From assembly GCA_019056785.1 (NCBI GenBank), contig DXJV01000068.1, positions 64,001-128,000 of the forward strand: 64,000 nucleotides of DNA. Direction: 5' to 3'. Under the pieces are notes generated by a model. That model was not told where the DNA came from. It did not search any database and saw nothing but the letters and a program-made list of their open reading frames with translations. Every line of letters begins with the position of its first letter. Within the stretch, counting starts at the first letter, position 1. The DNA comes from Candidatus Heimdallarchaeota archaeon (lineage in GTDB: Archaea > Asgardarchaeota > Heimdallarchaeia > JABLTI01). Positions 50,875-59,933 of the stretch are shown here, piece after piece. The translations under genes and the position numbers were made by a program.

Positions 50875-51612
50875 ATGGGCAAATGGCGTGAGTTTAAGTT
50901 AAAAACAAGAGCTTTATACAAAAAAATAATGTTGCCAGTGGGTTCCTTTATCGGGAAGCTTGGTTTAATGCCAAACGTCATTACAATAATTTCAGGTGTT
51001 TTTGCCATTGCTACAGCAGTTATGTATGCTTTACAAGGGCATCTTGTCTCGTTTAATTATTGGTGGGTCCTCGGGTTTACTTTGATGGTAATAACAGGCT
51101 TTATTGACGTTATCGATGGTTCGGTTGCTCGTGCAACAAATAAGACCACAAAGTTCGGAAAAGTGCTCGACCCGGTAATGGATCGTTTTACCGAGTTTTG
51201 TTTTCTCCTTGGAATAGCTATTGGGAAATACACCTATGAACCCTTAAGCTCCACTTTCACAAATATCCTCCCGGTAGGGGCGATTTGTATGTTTAGTTTT
51301 GCCGGTATTGTTTTTGCCAGTTATGCCAGAGCCCGTGGCGAAAGTGTTGCACCTATCACCGTTGAAAGTGTTGGCATCATGGAACGCCGTGAAAAACTCA
51401 TCCTGCTCTATCTTGGCAATATCCTCTATATATGGTGGGAAGTGGCACTCATATTTGCCATTGCTGTCGTAGGTTTATTATCCTTTATTACTACCATTCA
51501 ACGAATGTTCTACATTCGAAAAGCATTGAAAAGTGTGGAGGAGAACAACCAGACAACTACCACAAAAGAAGAGGGAAAAGAAACAATTAAGAAGCAAGAC
51601 AAAGGAAAATAA
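50875..51612 (+). CDS. CDP-alcohol phosphatidyltransferase (archaetidylinositol-phosphate synthase-like)
   Basis: PNVIT, DVIDGSVAR...FGKVLDPVMDR, SYARARGE, GIMERREK. Confidence 0.92.
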   Translation: MGKWREFKLKTRALYKKIMLPVGSFIGKLGLMPNVITIISGVFAIATAVMYALQGHLVSFNYWWVLGFTLMVITGFIDVIDGSVARATNKTTKFGKVLDPVMDRFTEFCFLLGIAIGKYTYEPLSSTFTNILPVGAICMFSFAGIVFASYARARGESVAPITVESVGIMERREKLILLYLGNILYIWWEVALIFAIAVVGLLSFITTIQRMFYIRKALKSVEENNQTTTTKEEGKETIKKQDKGK

Positions 51613-51638
51613 GACAAACAAAAAAGGTGTGAAAACTA

Positions 51639-52280
51639 TTGTCATTCAGAATTGAGCGGTCGCATGTAATCTTTAAACATCTTATTCACGTTGGCCCAGA
51701 AATTGATGCGGAAGCTGTCGCAGACATCGCTTCAAGACGGGATTATACAAAACAAACAAGACAGATCCCAACACCAAAGGGGCCATTAAAGGAATATCTT
51801 TTCCGTTCTAAAACAAATCCTCAATCACTCATAGTCTTTTCCAGAAAAGGTTTTGTTATTGATGCACAGCCAAGTGAAGCAGTTCTTCCCTTGTTTCGCG
51901 ATGCGTATGACTTTTACGAAAAGGTTATGGGAGATACTGCTTTAACCGCAACAATTCTTATGGATGTTGCCGCCAATTTCGAAGTTTTTTCACCACACCC
52001 TGTAAGAGAATTTCTAACAACACCATATACGGCAGACCTTTCAAAATTACGCCTCGCCGGCAGAGAACTCCATTCCAATGGTATCATTCTAGCTTCAGGC
52101 TCGGGAAAATTCCCGGAAGAATTCATTCAAATCATTATTCAACCTTTGCCAAAGGACCCAGAACGGCGATTAGCAATAAGTATGATCTACCGCTCCACAG
52201 AATTAGATGATGCGCTTAAATTTATCGAAAAAATCGAGTCGAATTTAACGAAAACACTCGAGGGAATTGCGAAGATTTAA
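51639..52280 (+). CDS. Hypothetical protein
   Basis: 213-aa ORF; GGTG upstream of TTG start. Confidence 0.7.
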   Translation: MSFRIERSHVIFKHLIHVGPEIDAEAVADIASRRDYTKQTRQIPTPKGPLKEYLFRSKTNPQSLIVFSRKGFVIDAQPSEAVLPLFRDAYDFYEKVMGDTALTATILMDVAANFEVFSPHPVREFLTTPYTADLSKLRLAGRELHSNGIILASGSGKFPEEFIQIIIQPLPKDPERRLAISMIYRSTELDDALKFIEKIESNLTKTLEGIAKI

Positions 52281-52315
52281 GTGTAAAAAAAAGTGCTTTT
52301 ATTTTGTGAGAATCA

Positions 52316-52855
52316 ATGTCCCGACATTCATGGGAGAGAGCTCAGCATGCTGTTGCAAGCTTCTTTAAACAACACTATTTTGCAACACAAGAGGAAGTGC
52401 GGTTGCCAAGTGGCAAACGCATTGATATTATTGCTCGAAAAAAATTCCAGGAGTACTTTCTTCATATCCTTGTTGAGGTTAAAGATTGGGAAAAAGTCAC
52501 ACGGAAACAAGAAAGTCAATTTTGCAACCAAATTATTGATTATCTTATTGAATATTCACTAACCACTGTTCTTAAGTCGTACAAAGGAAACAAATGGCAT
52601 CGTTCAGAGAACAGAATTCATGATAGATTCCTTGGCATTCTTTGTTTAACAAAAAATGCTCATTTTAGTTTTAGAAAGGTTTCAGACCACTTCATCTGAA
52701 AAAACAAAGAAATTCAAGGTATTCCTATCCGGGAGCAAATAGCTCAGCAATTAACAATCTATGTCGCACATTTTGATTTTCTTACAAGCGTTTTCCATGA
52801 GCTGCAAATTCCATTCTATAAGGAACCCCCTCTTTCGGATTGGTTTGTGAAATAA
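52316..52855 (+). pseudogene. PD-(D/E)XK nuclease-like gene with in-frame TGA at 52697-52699
   Basis: ERAQ...RIDII...VEVK; frame stays open 51 codons after the TGA, ending EPPLSDWFVK*. Confidence 0.6.
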
Positions 52856-52973
52856 GCCTGCCTTCTAAGCGGCTTGAGCGAATTTTGGGATAAGATATAA
52901 TAATACAAGCATTTAAAATAGGGAAAGTTGTTTTTTCATTTCCGAGCCACGGTAAAGAAGGTCTAAGTGAGTC

Positions 52974-54908
52974 ATGCCATCAGTGAAAGTTCCGGAAGAA
53001 GTTCTTGAAATATTCCCATATAAGGCTGTTAGAGCCATCCAAGACGAATTGATCACTACGACCTTCCATGCATTGAAAGAGCGAAAGAATGTGGTAATCG
53101 AGGGTGCAAATGGGTTGGGTAAAACCATCGCAGCTCTTACCGCTGTTCTCCCAATTGCCCGTGAAAAAGATTTGCAAATAGTTCACATTTGTCGAACGAA
53201 CAAACAAGCTGACCGCGTTATCTCTGAATTAAAAGAAATAAGTAAAAAAACGCCAATAAGTGGTGTTTCTATCCGGGGGCGGAAAGAAATGTGCCCCCAT
53301 GAGCTTGTTCAAAAACATGCTGATGATGCTGCGACCGCTTCTGTTCTTTGTGGGCAGTTGAAAAAATTGCGAAAATGTGATTACTATAATCGAATGAATG
53401 ATCGCCTCCCTCATTTAAAGAATGCCTTGAAGATTCTTTCAAAAACACCGTCAACGAGCACCGAAATTCTCGAGTTTTGTGAGGAGAGTAGAATTTGCCC
53501 CTATGAACTCATTCTAAAATTAATTGATTCTGTAGAAGTCGTTGCCGCCAGCTATCAATACATCTTTAATCCCAATATCCGGGAAACATTTCTGAATAAA
53601 ATTTCGCGAAGCATGGATGAAATTGTTCTCATTGTAGATGAATGCCATAATATCATCGATACAGCAATTGATATCTCGAGTGAACAGTTGTCACTTTATT
53701 CCATCCGTCAAGCGTTAAAAGAAGCAAAAGCGTTCAATAAAGTAGAGTTTATTCGTTTGTTGCGAGAGCTTATAGCTATCCTGGAAAGCTTTCAGGAACG
53801 TGCAGAATCGGAAAAGCAAATAGACGCGCAAAAGATTCTCCTGCAGCTTTCCCGTGAAGTTGGTGCAACTCTTGATCTTGATTATGCCGACAAGCTCATT
53901 GCTGCTGGCTTCAAAATACAAAAGGAATATCTTGCAAGAAACAAACCCCCCAGATCCTTTCTCCATCGTTTAGGGCGGTTTCTGCGAAAATTCATTCTCA
54001 CTAAAAGTCGGCCGGAATTCCTGCATTTGGTTTCAAATTATCGTACGCGAACAGAGGGGTGGGGAACGAGGTTTGAGGTTATCTCCTTGGACGCGCGGTT
54101 TACGACGAAACGCGTGCTCGAATATGTCTACAATTCCATTCACATTTCTGGAACCATTGAACCTATAGAAGCCTATACGAAAATTGTTGGTTTAGATAAA
54201 TTGCCTCTCGTGACAAAGGTCCTTCCGTCCCCTTATACAAAAGCAAATGTACAATGTTATATTATCAATAAATTAAGTACAAAACTTGCTGACCGGACAC
54301 CTGAGACCTATCAAAAAATGACTGATGTTATTGCTGAAGCTGTCAATAACACCCCCGCTAACTCGGGGATCTTTACCGCTTCCTATGTTGTCCTCGAGAG
54401 TTTATTAGATGCTGGTTTAGAACGAAAGATCCAATTGCCCTTGTTTTATGAAACGAAAAAAATGACTGCAACAGGGAATGACAGATTAGTGAATGAATTC
54501 AAGTCCTTTTCCTCAAAGGGTGGTGCTGCACTAATGGGTGTCTTAGGTGGTAGAAGCTCAGAGGGAGCAGATTTTCCAGGAGAATTGATGAATACTTGTA
54601 TCATTGTAGGTATTCCCTATGCCCGACCAACAACACGAATCGAGGCACAAATAGCTTATCTTGATGAACAATTCGAAAAGAAAGGGCGAGAATTTGGGTA
54701 TATTATTCCGGCGATGCGCCGTGCTTCCCAGGCTGCGGGCCGGCCAATCCGTTCTATAAATGATAAAGGATTAATCATTTTTCTCGATTATCGCTTTGCT
54801 CATACTTATACCTCGAGATTCTTACCTGTTTGGATCAAAGAGAATATGCGTTTGCTTAATTACGAGCCGGGAGTTATAGCGTCTATTGCGCAAGAATTTT
54901 TCAAGTGA
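52974..54908 (+). CDS. xpd: XPD/Rad3-family Fe-S DNA helicase
   Basis: GANGLGKT, four Fe-S Cys (MCP, LC, KC, CPY), DECHN, SGT, SEGADF, QAAGRPIR. Confidence 0.93.
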   Translation: MPSVKVPEEVLEIFPYKAVRAIQDELITTTFHALKERKNVVIEGANGLGKTIAALTAVLPIAREKDLQIVHICRTNKQADRVISELKEISKKTPISGVSIRGRKEMCPHELVQKHADDAATASVLCGQLKKLRKCDYYNRMNDRLPHLKNALKILSKTPSTSTEILEFCEESRICPYELILKLIDSVEVVAASYQYIFNPNIRETFLNKISRSMDEIVLIVDECHNIIDTAIDISSEQLSLYSIRQALKEAKAFNKVEFIRLLRELIAILESFQERAESEKQIDAQKILLQLSREVGATLDLDYADKLIAAGFKIQKEYLARNKPPRSFLHRLGRFLRKFILTKSRPEFLHLVSNYRTRTEGWGTRFEVISLDARFTTKRVLEYVYNSIHISGTIEPIEAYTKIVGLDKLPLVTKVLPSPYTKANVQCYIINKLSTKLADRTPETYQKMTDVIAEAVNNTPANSGIFTASYVVLESLLDAGLERKIQLPLFYETKKMTATGNDRLVNEFKSFSSKGGAALMGVLGGRSSEGADFPGELMNTCIIVGIPYARPTTRIEAQIAYLDEQFEKKGREFGYIIPAMRRASQAAGRPIRSINDKGLIIFLDYRFAHTYTSRFLPVWIKENMRLLNYEPGVIASIAQEFFK

Positions 54909-54924
54909 GTATTTGCTCTCTAAA

Positions 54925-55959
54925 TTATGAGAGATAATCCCAGATTGTCGGCGCATTTTCAGGGTAAAATTGATGAATTTTATTTATATCTACCTTACAA
55001 CAGATCTTCCCATTCGTATCTTGGACACTGCCTGGAATCTTCAAGATACGTCGGATGTCAATGGACACCTTCCGGTCAATGCGTGGGTAGCGATATTTTA
55101 TGATGTGGGTAAAAATCGCGTCTCTATTGTGTTTTTTTCCGAGAAGGCCATCATAAATTTTACTAAAAGGCATGCTCCCTTTTTTGAGATTGTATTGAAG
55201 ACGGTTGATTTGTTCTTTGGTAAATTTGAATGGCGCCGCTTGGAGTTCCTTAACCGTCGCTCTTTGGAAATACGACTTCCCAATCATCTCGAGAATGCGA
55301 TTGCGTAAGGGGATGACATGCTTGAGGTCCTTTTCGACTGCTTGGGTGCGTTTTTCATCTCGAATTAGTGTGAGGTAATTAATAATGCTATTACGCTGGC
55401 TCTGGTTAAGGGTGCCAGCAGTGGGGTCTCTGACCCAGCCATGAAACCCTCGTCTGCCAGAAAAAACCCAGACAATATCTTTAAACCCGAAGTCCTCTCG
55501 GAGCGTTCGGTCAAGAAAAGCAACAGCATCTTGCAACAACGACCAGCAAAACTTACAATACTGCTCTTTACCGCGACAACCACACGTACGGACAAGGTCA
55601 TAGTCATTCAAGTCGAGATCAAAACAGAACTCACGATAGCTCCATTTAATCTTTTGAATGGTGTTATTTTTCGATGGCGGGATTTCATAAACTGCTCCAA
55701 CATAGCTCCGGCGAATGCGATTAGTGGAAAGGAACTCTTTAAGCTCTGTAGAAGTTTTAAATGAAATGTTGCGAATGAACGAGCCGTCTTCCAAGAGAAA
55801 GGCAAATTCGCGCCGATAAAAGCTCGAGAGTCCAATGATTGAAATAAGTTCTGCCGGGTCAAAATAGTCCCGATAATATCGTTGAATATCCTCCACAGTA
55901 ACTTTTCTAGCTTGACTATTACCTCCTGCTTTTATTAGTTGTTCCTTATCTGGAGGCAT
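54925..55959 (-). CDS. priS: DNA primase catalytic subunit
   Basis: REFAF, FDLD, CGC...CKFC zinc site, FSGRRGFHGW, YPRID. Confidence 0.95.
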   Translation of the reverse strand: MPPDKEQLIKAGGNSQARKVTVEDIQRYYRDYFDPAELISIIGLSSFYRREFAFLLEDGSFIRNISFKTSTELKEFLSTNRIRRSYVGAVYEIPPSKNNTIQKIKWSYREFCFDLDLNDYDLVRTCGCRGKEQYCKFCWSLLQDAVAFLDRTLREDFGFKDIVWVFSGRRGFHGWVRDPTAGTLNQSQRNSIINYLTLIRDEKRTQAVEKDLKHVIPLRNRILEMIGKSYFQRATVKELQAAPFKFTKEQINRLQYNLKKGSMPFSKIYDGLLGKKHNRDAIFTHIIKYRYPRIDRKVSIDIRRILKIPGSVQDTNGKICCKVDINKIHQFYPENAPTIWDYLS

Positions 55960-57293
55960 TATTTCCGTACTCCTTTTTTAGATAGAGGGGCGCTTCTTTC
56001 TTTTCCTCCCCTTTCGTCCTCTTTCTCTTCTTTTATGAGATTCAAAGTCTTTGCGGCATATTGCAAATAATTGATCGGATGGCGAATTGGTCTGGCATAT
56101 CTATTATAGCGTAATTGAAACATAATTGCACATGCTTCACTCGGCTTTTTATCCACTACCTTCCGAAGTAAGCGAGTAATCAATTCTTGTTGTTTATTCG
56201 AGGGATTTTTAAATTCTCGGCGCAAACTTTCATCTATCTGTTGGACAGATTGGTGGAGGAAGGTACAATAAGCATTATCCTGGATGCTTTCACATTTGTG
56301 GGCGCTATAATCTGTTCCCCCACCTTCCAACCCATACATGTAGCGAATTTGATACCCCGCTGGGCCACTTACGAATTGCTCATATGTTAAGCCAATATTA
56401 TCAACTGCCCGTTCGTACCAGAAGAGCAGCTGTTCCTCTACTGACATGCCGATATTCTTTAGAAATAACCCAAGCTGCAGTCGTTCTTGATGGGTGATGT
56501 GACCACGATTCATAACCTCGTTATAGAGATCAAGCATGCATTGTGGGAAAAGGCTCTGCCGGGTATAGAGCCGGTAATCTCCCAGGGCAATCCTGTCTGA
56601 CATGGTCCCTACACGATGGATAACTCTCCCTAACTCTTCTCGAAGTTCCTTGATGGGTTCAGCTATTGAAGCGCGGGTAATGCGGTCAAGTGATTCGCCA
56701 GTCTCTTTTATTCTTTCCCGGAGAAGAGCTTCGAAAGCACGTTTGACACTTCCCGTAAAATTGTCAATTGGTGCAATCACCCATCCCTCCTTGAGCAGTG
56801 CGGACCTATTTCCAACCATTTTAGGCGTGCAAGTAAAATGAACACCAATACTGTTATTTCTTCTCGAAGCCATTTTAAATTCTTTAAAGCAAGGCTCCTC
56901 AATATCAAACTTATTCCATAATTCTCTGGGACTAATGACCTTTTCATAGCCGAAAAGATAACGGGCGACTTCTAGTTTTATCTCGAGAGACCGTGATTTC
57001 AAGAACCGCCACTCAAAAAGGTCCCCTTCTTGTTCAATCAGCCACCCCCGAACACGGGGATCTTCCGCAGCAACGATCCGTAAAAGGCCGTGACCAGCAT
57101 ACTCATCATAAATTTCTTTCTCATAGGAGCTGCGATTTATCCCCTCTGCAGGGAACCATCGTTGCTTGTTTACGAATTTTATGATTCGCTCCCGAGCAAT
57201 TTTTGGCCATCGTTCCATATCAATTGTGAATTTTTCTCGTGGAATGGCAACTTCATTAATTTTCTTCACTACCAGCCAATCAGGAGCAGTCAA
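55959..57293 (-). CDS. priL: DNA primase large subunit, eukaryote (PRIM2)-like
   Basis: FPQCM, [30 protein letters not shown], EAC...HPINY; stop overlaps priS start. Confidence 0.93.
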   Translation of the reverse strand: [444 protein letters not shown]

Positions 57294-57434
57294 ATTCTGG
57301 AACCTCTAAAAAGAAATACTACGCTTCACTATAATAATTTGCCTTTTTGTTGTTAATAACTATTCAAACGATTATTAACATTCTGACGAAGAATTTATTA
57401 TTAGCTATTGCTTCCAATTCAACTGTGATGAATC

Positions 57435-57608
57435 GTGCCGGTGGAAATTGACCATAAAGCCTGCGGGAAATGCCTTGGTTGTGCAACAATCTGCCCAGAA
57501 ACGCTCTATTCCCTAGAAAATGACCGGCTTGTTATTGCCGATGGTTGTACGGACTGTGGGTTATGTATTGACTGTTGCCCCGTTAAAGCTATAAAATACA
57601 TTGAATAG
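57435..57608 (+). CDS. 2[4Fe-4S] ferredoxin (57 aa, not in ORF track)
   Basis: Manual translation MPVEIDHKACGKCLGCATICPE...GCTDCGLCIDCCPVKAIKYIE*. Confidence 0.92.
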   Translation: MPVEIDHKACGKCLGCATICPETLYSLENDRLVIADGCTDCGLCIDCCPVKAIKYIE

Positions 57609-57755
57609 TTCGCCTTGTATTTGTCCTTCTTTTCAGCCACCTAGGAAGTTTTTCAGTAAAAAAAAACGCTGTAATTTCCTTGTATTATATACATATTCTT
57701 TGCCTTTTAATGCTGTAAATGACTAATCTAATATGACATAGTTGGAGGATTAATA

Positions 57756-58178
57756 TTGAGTGTAATAGCTACTATTGGAATTATTAGTTTAGGTACGGTG
57801 ATAGGCACCTCTTTGTTCCTCTTTCGGAGAAAGCCCAAGAACAGCTTCTCACTCGAAAGTGAAAAAAAGGAAGTTGTAACATTAACCCTCCGGGGATTGG
57901 GCGACATTGATATGATATGTGAAACCATTAACCGCGGGAATGTTGTTATCTTGGGTGTTAAAGACCTGGCGCGACTGGATATGATCAGATTAAAGCGCTC
58001 CATCCAGCAATTGAAATCTCACATGCGCTCCACCGGCGGGGATATTTTCATGCTCGGGAAAGAGTTTGTAGTTCTCGTCCCTAATACAATGAAACTTTCT
58101 TTCATAAAGAATTTAATTGATAATCCAAATGAAGACGGCCTTCCACCAGAACCCCCAACAGAGGTAGGAACAATTTGA
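57756..58178 (+). CDS. sepF: SepF-family cell-division protein with hydrophobic N-terminus
   Basis: GNVVIL...LKRSIQQLK...GGDI...VVLVP; GGAGG 7 nt before TTG. Confidence 0.78.
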   Translation: MSVIATIGIISLGTVIGTSLFLFRRKPKNSFSLESEKKEVVTLTLRGLGDIDMICETINRGNVVILGVKDLARLDMIRLKRSIQQLKSHMRSTGGDIFMLGKEFVVLVPNTMKLSFIKNLIDNPNEDGLPPEPPTEVGTI

Positions 58179-58585
58179 ATGCAGTGATAGCCTCTCGTAT
58201 TTATAATCTGGTTTCGACTGACCCCGTAAAAATTGCAATTCTAAATTTACTTGCAGATGGCAAATGGCATAAACGATTTGAAGTAGAAATGGTTGCAAAG
58301 GAACTTCGCCCTACAATGGGCCTGGTTGGCATTGCAACAATTTTCAGGATGCTCCAAAATGCTGACAGCGAGTTAATTGAGATTTATGATAATGACTCGG
58401 GTGTCTTTTATCGGTTGAACCCTCAGAGAATGGCTATCATCCGGAAAATCCTAGAGCATCTCCAAAACTCCTCGCGAGAGAAACAAACTTCTTCATCACG
58501 GCAGTTTGCGCTCTTTAAGGAGCGTGTGCGTCTTTCTCGGCAAAAAGCCGAGAAGGTGGATGATGACCTCAAACAGTTCTTGTAA
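58175..58585 (+). CDS. Winged-helix protein
   Basis: DPVKIAILNLLADG...YRLNP (ArsR-like); 4-nt overlap with sepF. Confidence 0.6.
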   Translation: MNAVIASRIYNLVSTDPVKIAILNLLADGKWHKRFEVEMVAKELRPTMGLVGIATIFRMLQNADSELIEIYDNDSGVFYRLNPQRMAIIRKILEHLQNSSREKQTSSSRQFALFKERVRLSRQKAEKVDDDLKQFL

Positions 58586-58617
58586 AAAAAAGCCTAGAAG
58601 TAAATTCATTAAAGGTA

Positions 58618-59886
58618 TTAATCCTTTAATGCCTCTCGTAGCAGCTTCACTAATGAGGCGTCCTTTTTCATTAGCTTCGTGCCAAGTTTAATTTGAGCCC
58701 ATTTGCCTGTGACTGCTTTTGTGAGATCTTCACCCGAAAATGCTTCGACAATATGTTCCATTTGTTCATCGGTTATTACATCTAAGATTTTACGTGCTTT
58801 AGAGCCCAGACTGAACGATTTACCGTAGGCATTGTTCCATTGTTTTTCATAATGCTTTCGCAGAAACTTTTCGGTGAAGTTTTCTTCTTCAAAGGCTTTT
58901 ACAAGGGTTTTGCTTACCATCTCGCCTGCTTCCATTCCATAAGCAATGCCTCCACCAGTTAAAGGATTGACTTGTCTTGCTGCATCACCAACAAGGAGCA
59001 CTCTATCTGTTGCCAATCGTTTTAATGACCCCCCTACTGGAATGGCGCCTATCCGCTCTTCAATTATTTTTGCATGTTTGAATCGCCGCTTTCCCTCTGG
59101 GTGTTTGTAAATAAAGTCATCAAGGTACTCTTTGACACTCTTTTTCCCAAATCCCACACCAACACCTATGCCAACATTTGCAGAATGTTCTCCTTTTGGA
59201 AAGACCCAGAGATACCCTCGGGGAGCAACCTCTGTGCCCATATATAGGTCAAACATTGTTGGCTCATCAATTTCTACACCAACCATTTCATAGCCAACAG
59301 ACGTGTCGAGGTCCTTCGGGTCAATCGGCCCCGCAAGACCAGCATCACGAGCAACGGTACTATAAATACCGTCCGCCCCAACAACCACTGGCGCTTTTTC
59401 AAGTCCTTCTTTTCCTTTTCGTTCGACTTGAAGTGTCACGCCTTCGGAAGGATCAATTTTAATGCTCTTTACTCGAGTATTAATTTGGATATCTGCGCCT
59501 TCTTGAACAGCGCCGATTAACAATTCTTTGTCAAAAACACGCCGGTCAACAATATACCCTTCTCCTGCACCAAGACGGTATTCAATAGTGTTCAGTGACG
59601 GGCTAAATACTCGGAAGCCATCTATTTCGGTCCGAAAAACATATTTTGGTATGTCGAGTTTTAAAATGTCCTCGATGGTGTCTTTTCCCATTGCTTCGCC
59701 ACATTGGACAGGAATCCCAACATGGCTTTTTGCTTCAAGGATTTTTACTTTGAATCCTTCACGGGCAAGAAACCTAGCGGTAGTGGATCCAGCAGGACCA
59801 CTTCCAACTACAATAACATCATATTTTTGACTTGGTGTTTGTTCATTCATTCTTCCTGACATCCAATACTCATCAAATACTCGCAA
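58618..59886 (-). CDS. Digeranylgeranylglycerophospholipid (geranylgeranyl) reductase
   Basis: GSGPAG, CGEA, DRRVFD, GADG, PRGYLWVFPKG, GDAA..VNPLTGGGI; true start likely 59862 or 59850. Confidence 0.93.
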   Translation of the reverse strand: MRVFDEYWMSGRMNEQTPSQKYDVIVVGSGPAGSTTARFLAREGFKVKILEAKSHVGIPVQCGEAMGKDTIEDILKLDIPKYVFRTEIDGFRVFSPSLNTIEYRLGAGEGYIVDRRVFDKELLIGAVQEGADIQINTRVKSIKIDPSEGVTLQVERKGKEGLEKAPVVVGADGIYSTVARDAGLAGPIDPKDLDTSVGYEMVGVEIDEPTMFDLYMGTEVAPRGYLWVFPKGEHSANVGIGVGVGFGKKSVKEYLDDFIYKHPEGKRRFKHAKIIEERIGAIPVGGSLKRLATDRVLLVGDAARQVNPLTGGGIAYGMEAGEMVSKTLVKAFEEENFTEKFLRKHYEKQWNNAYGKSFSLGSKARKILDVITDEQMEHIVEAFSGEDLTKAVTGKWAQIKLGTKLMKKDASLVKLLREALKD

Positions 59887-59933
59887 TTTTTTAAAACCTT
59901 TTTACACTTCTTTACCACAAGGAGAAGGTAAAA

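Noticed and set aside
52697-52900. Selenocysteine at the nuclease TGA
   Set aside because: No redox-Cys context and no AUGA...GA SECIS-like hairpin seen downstream.
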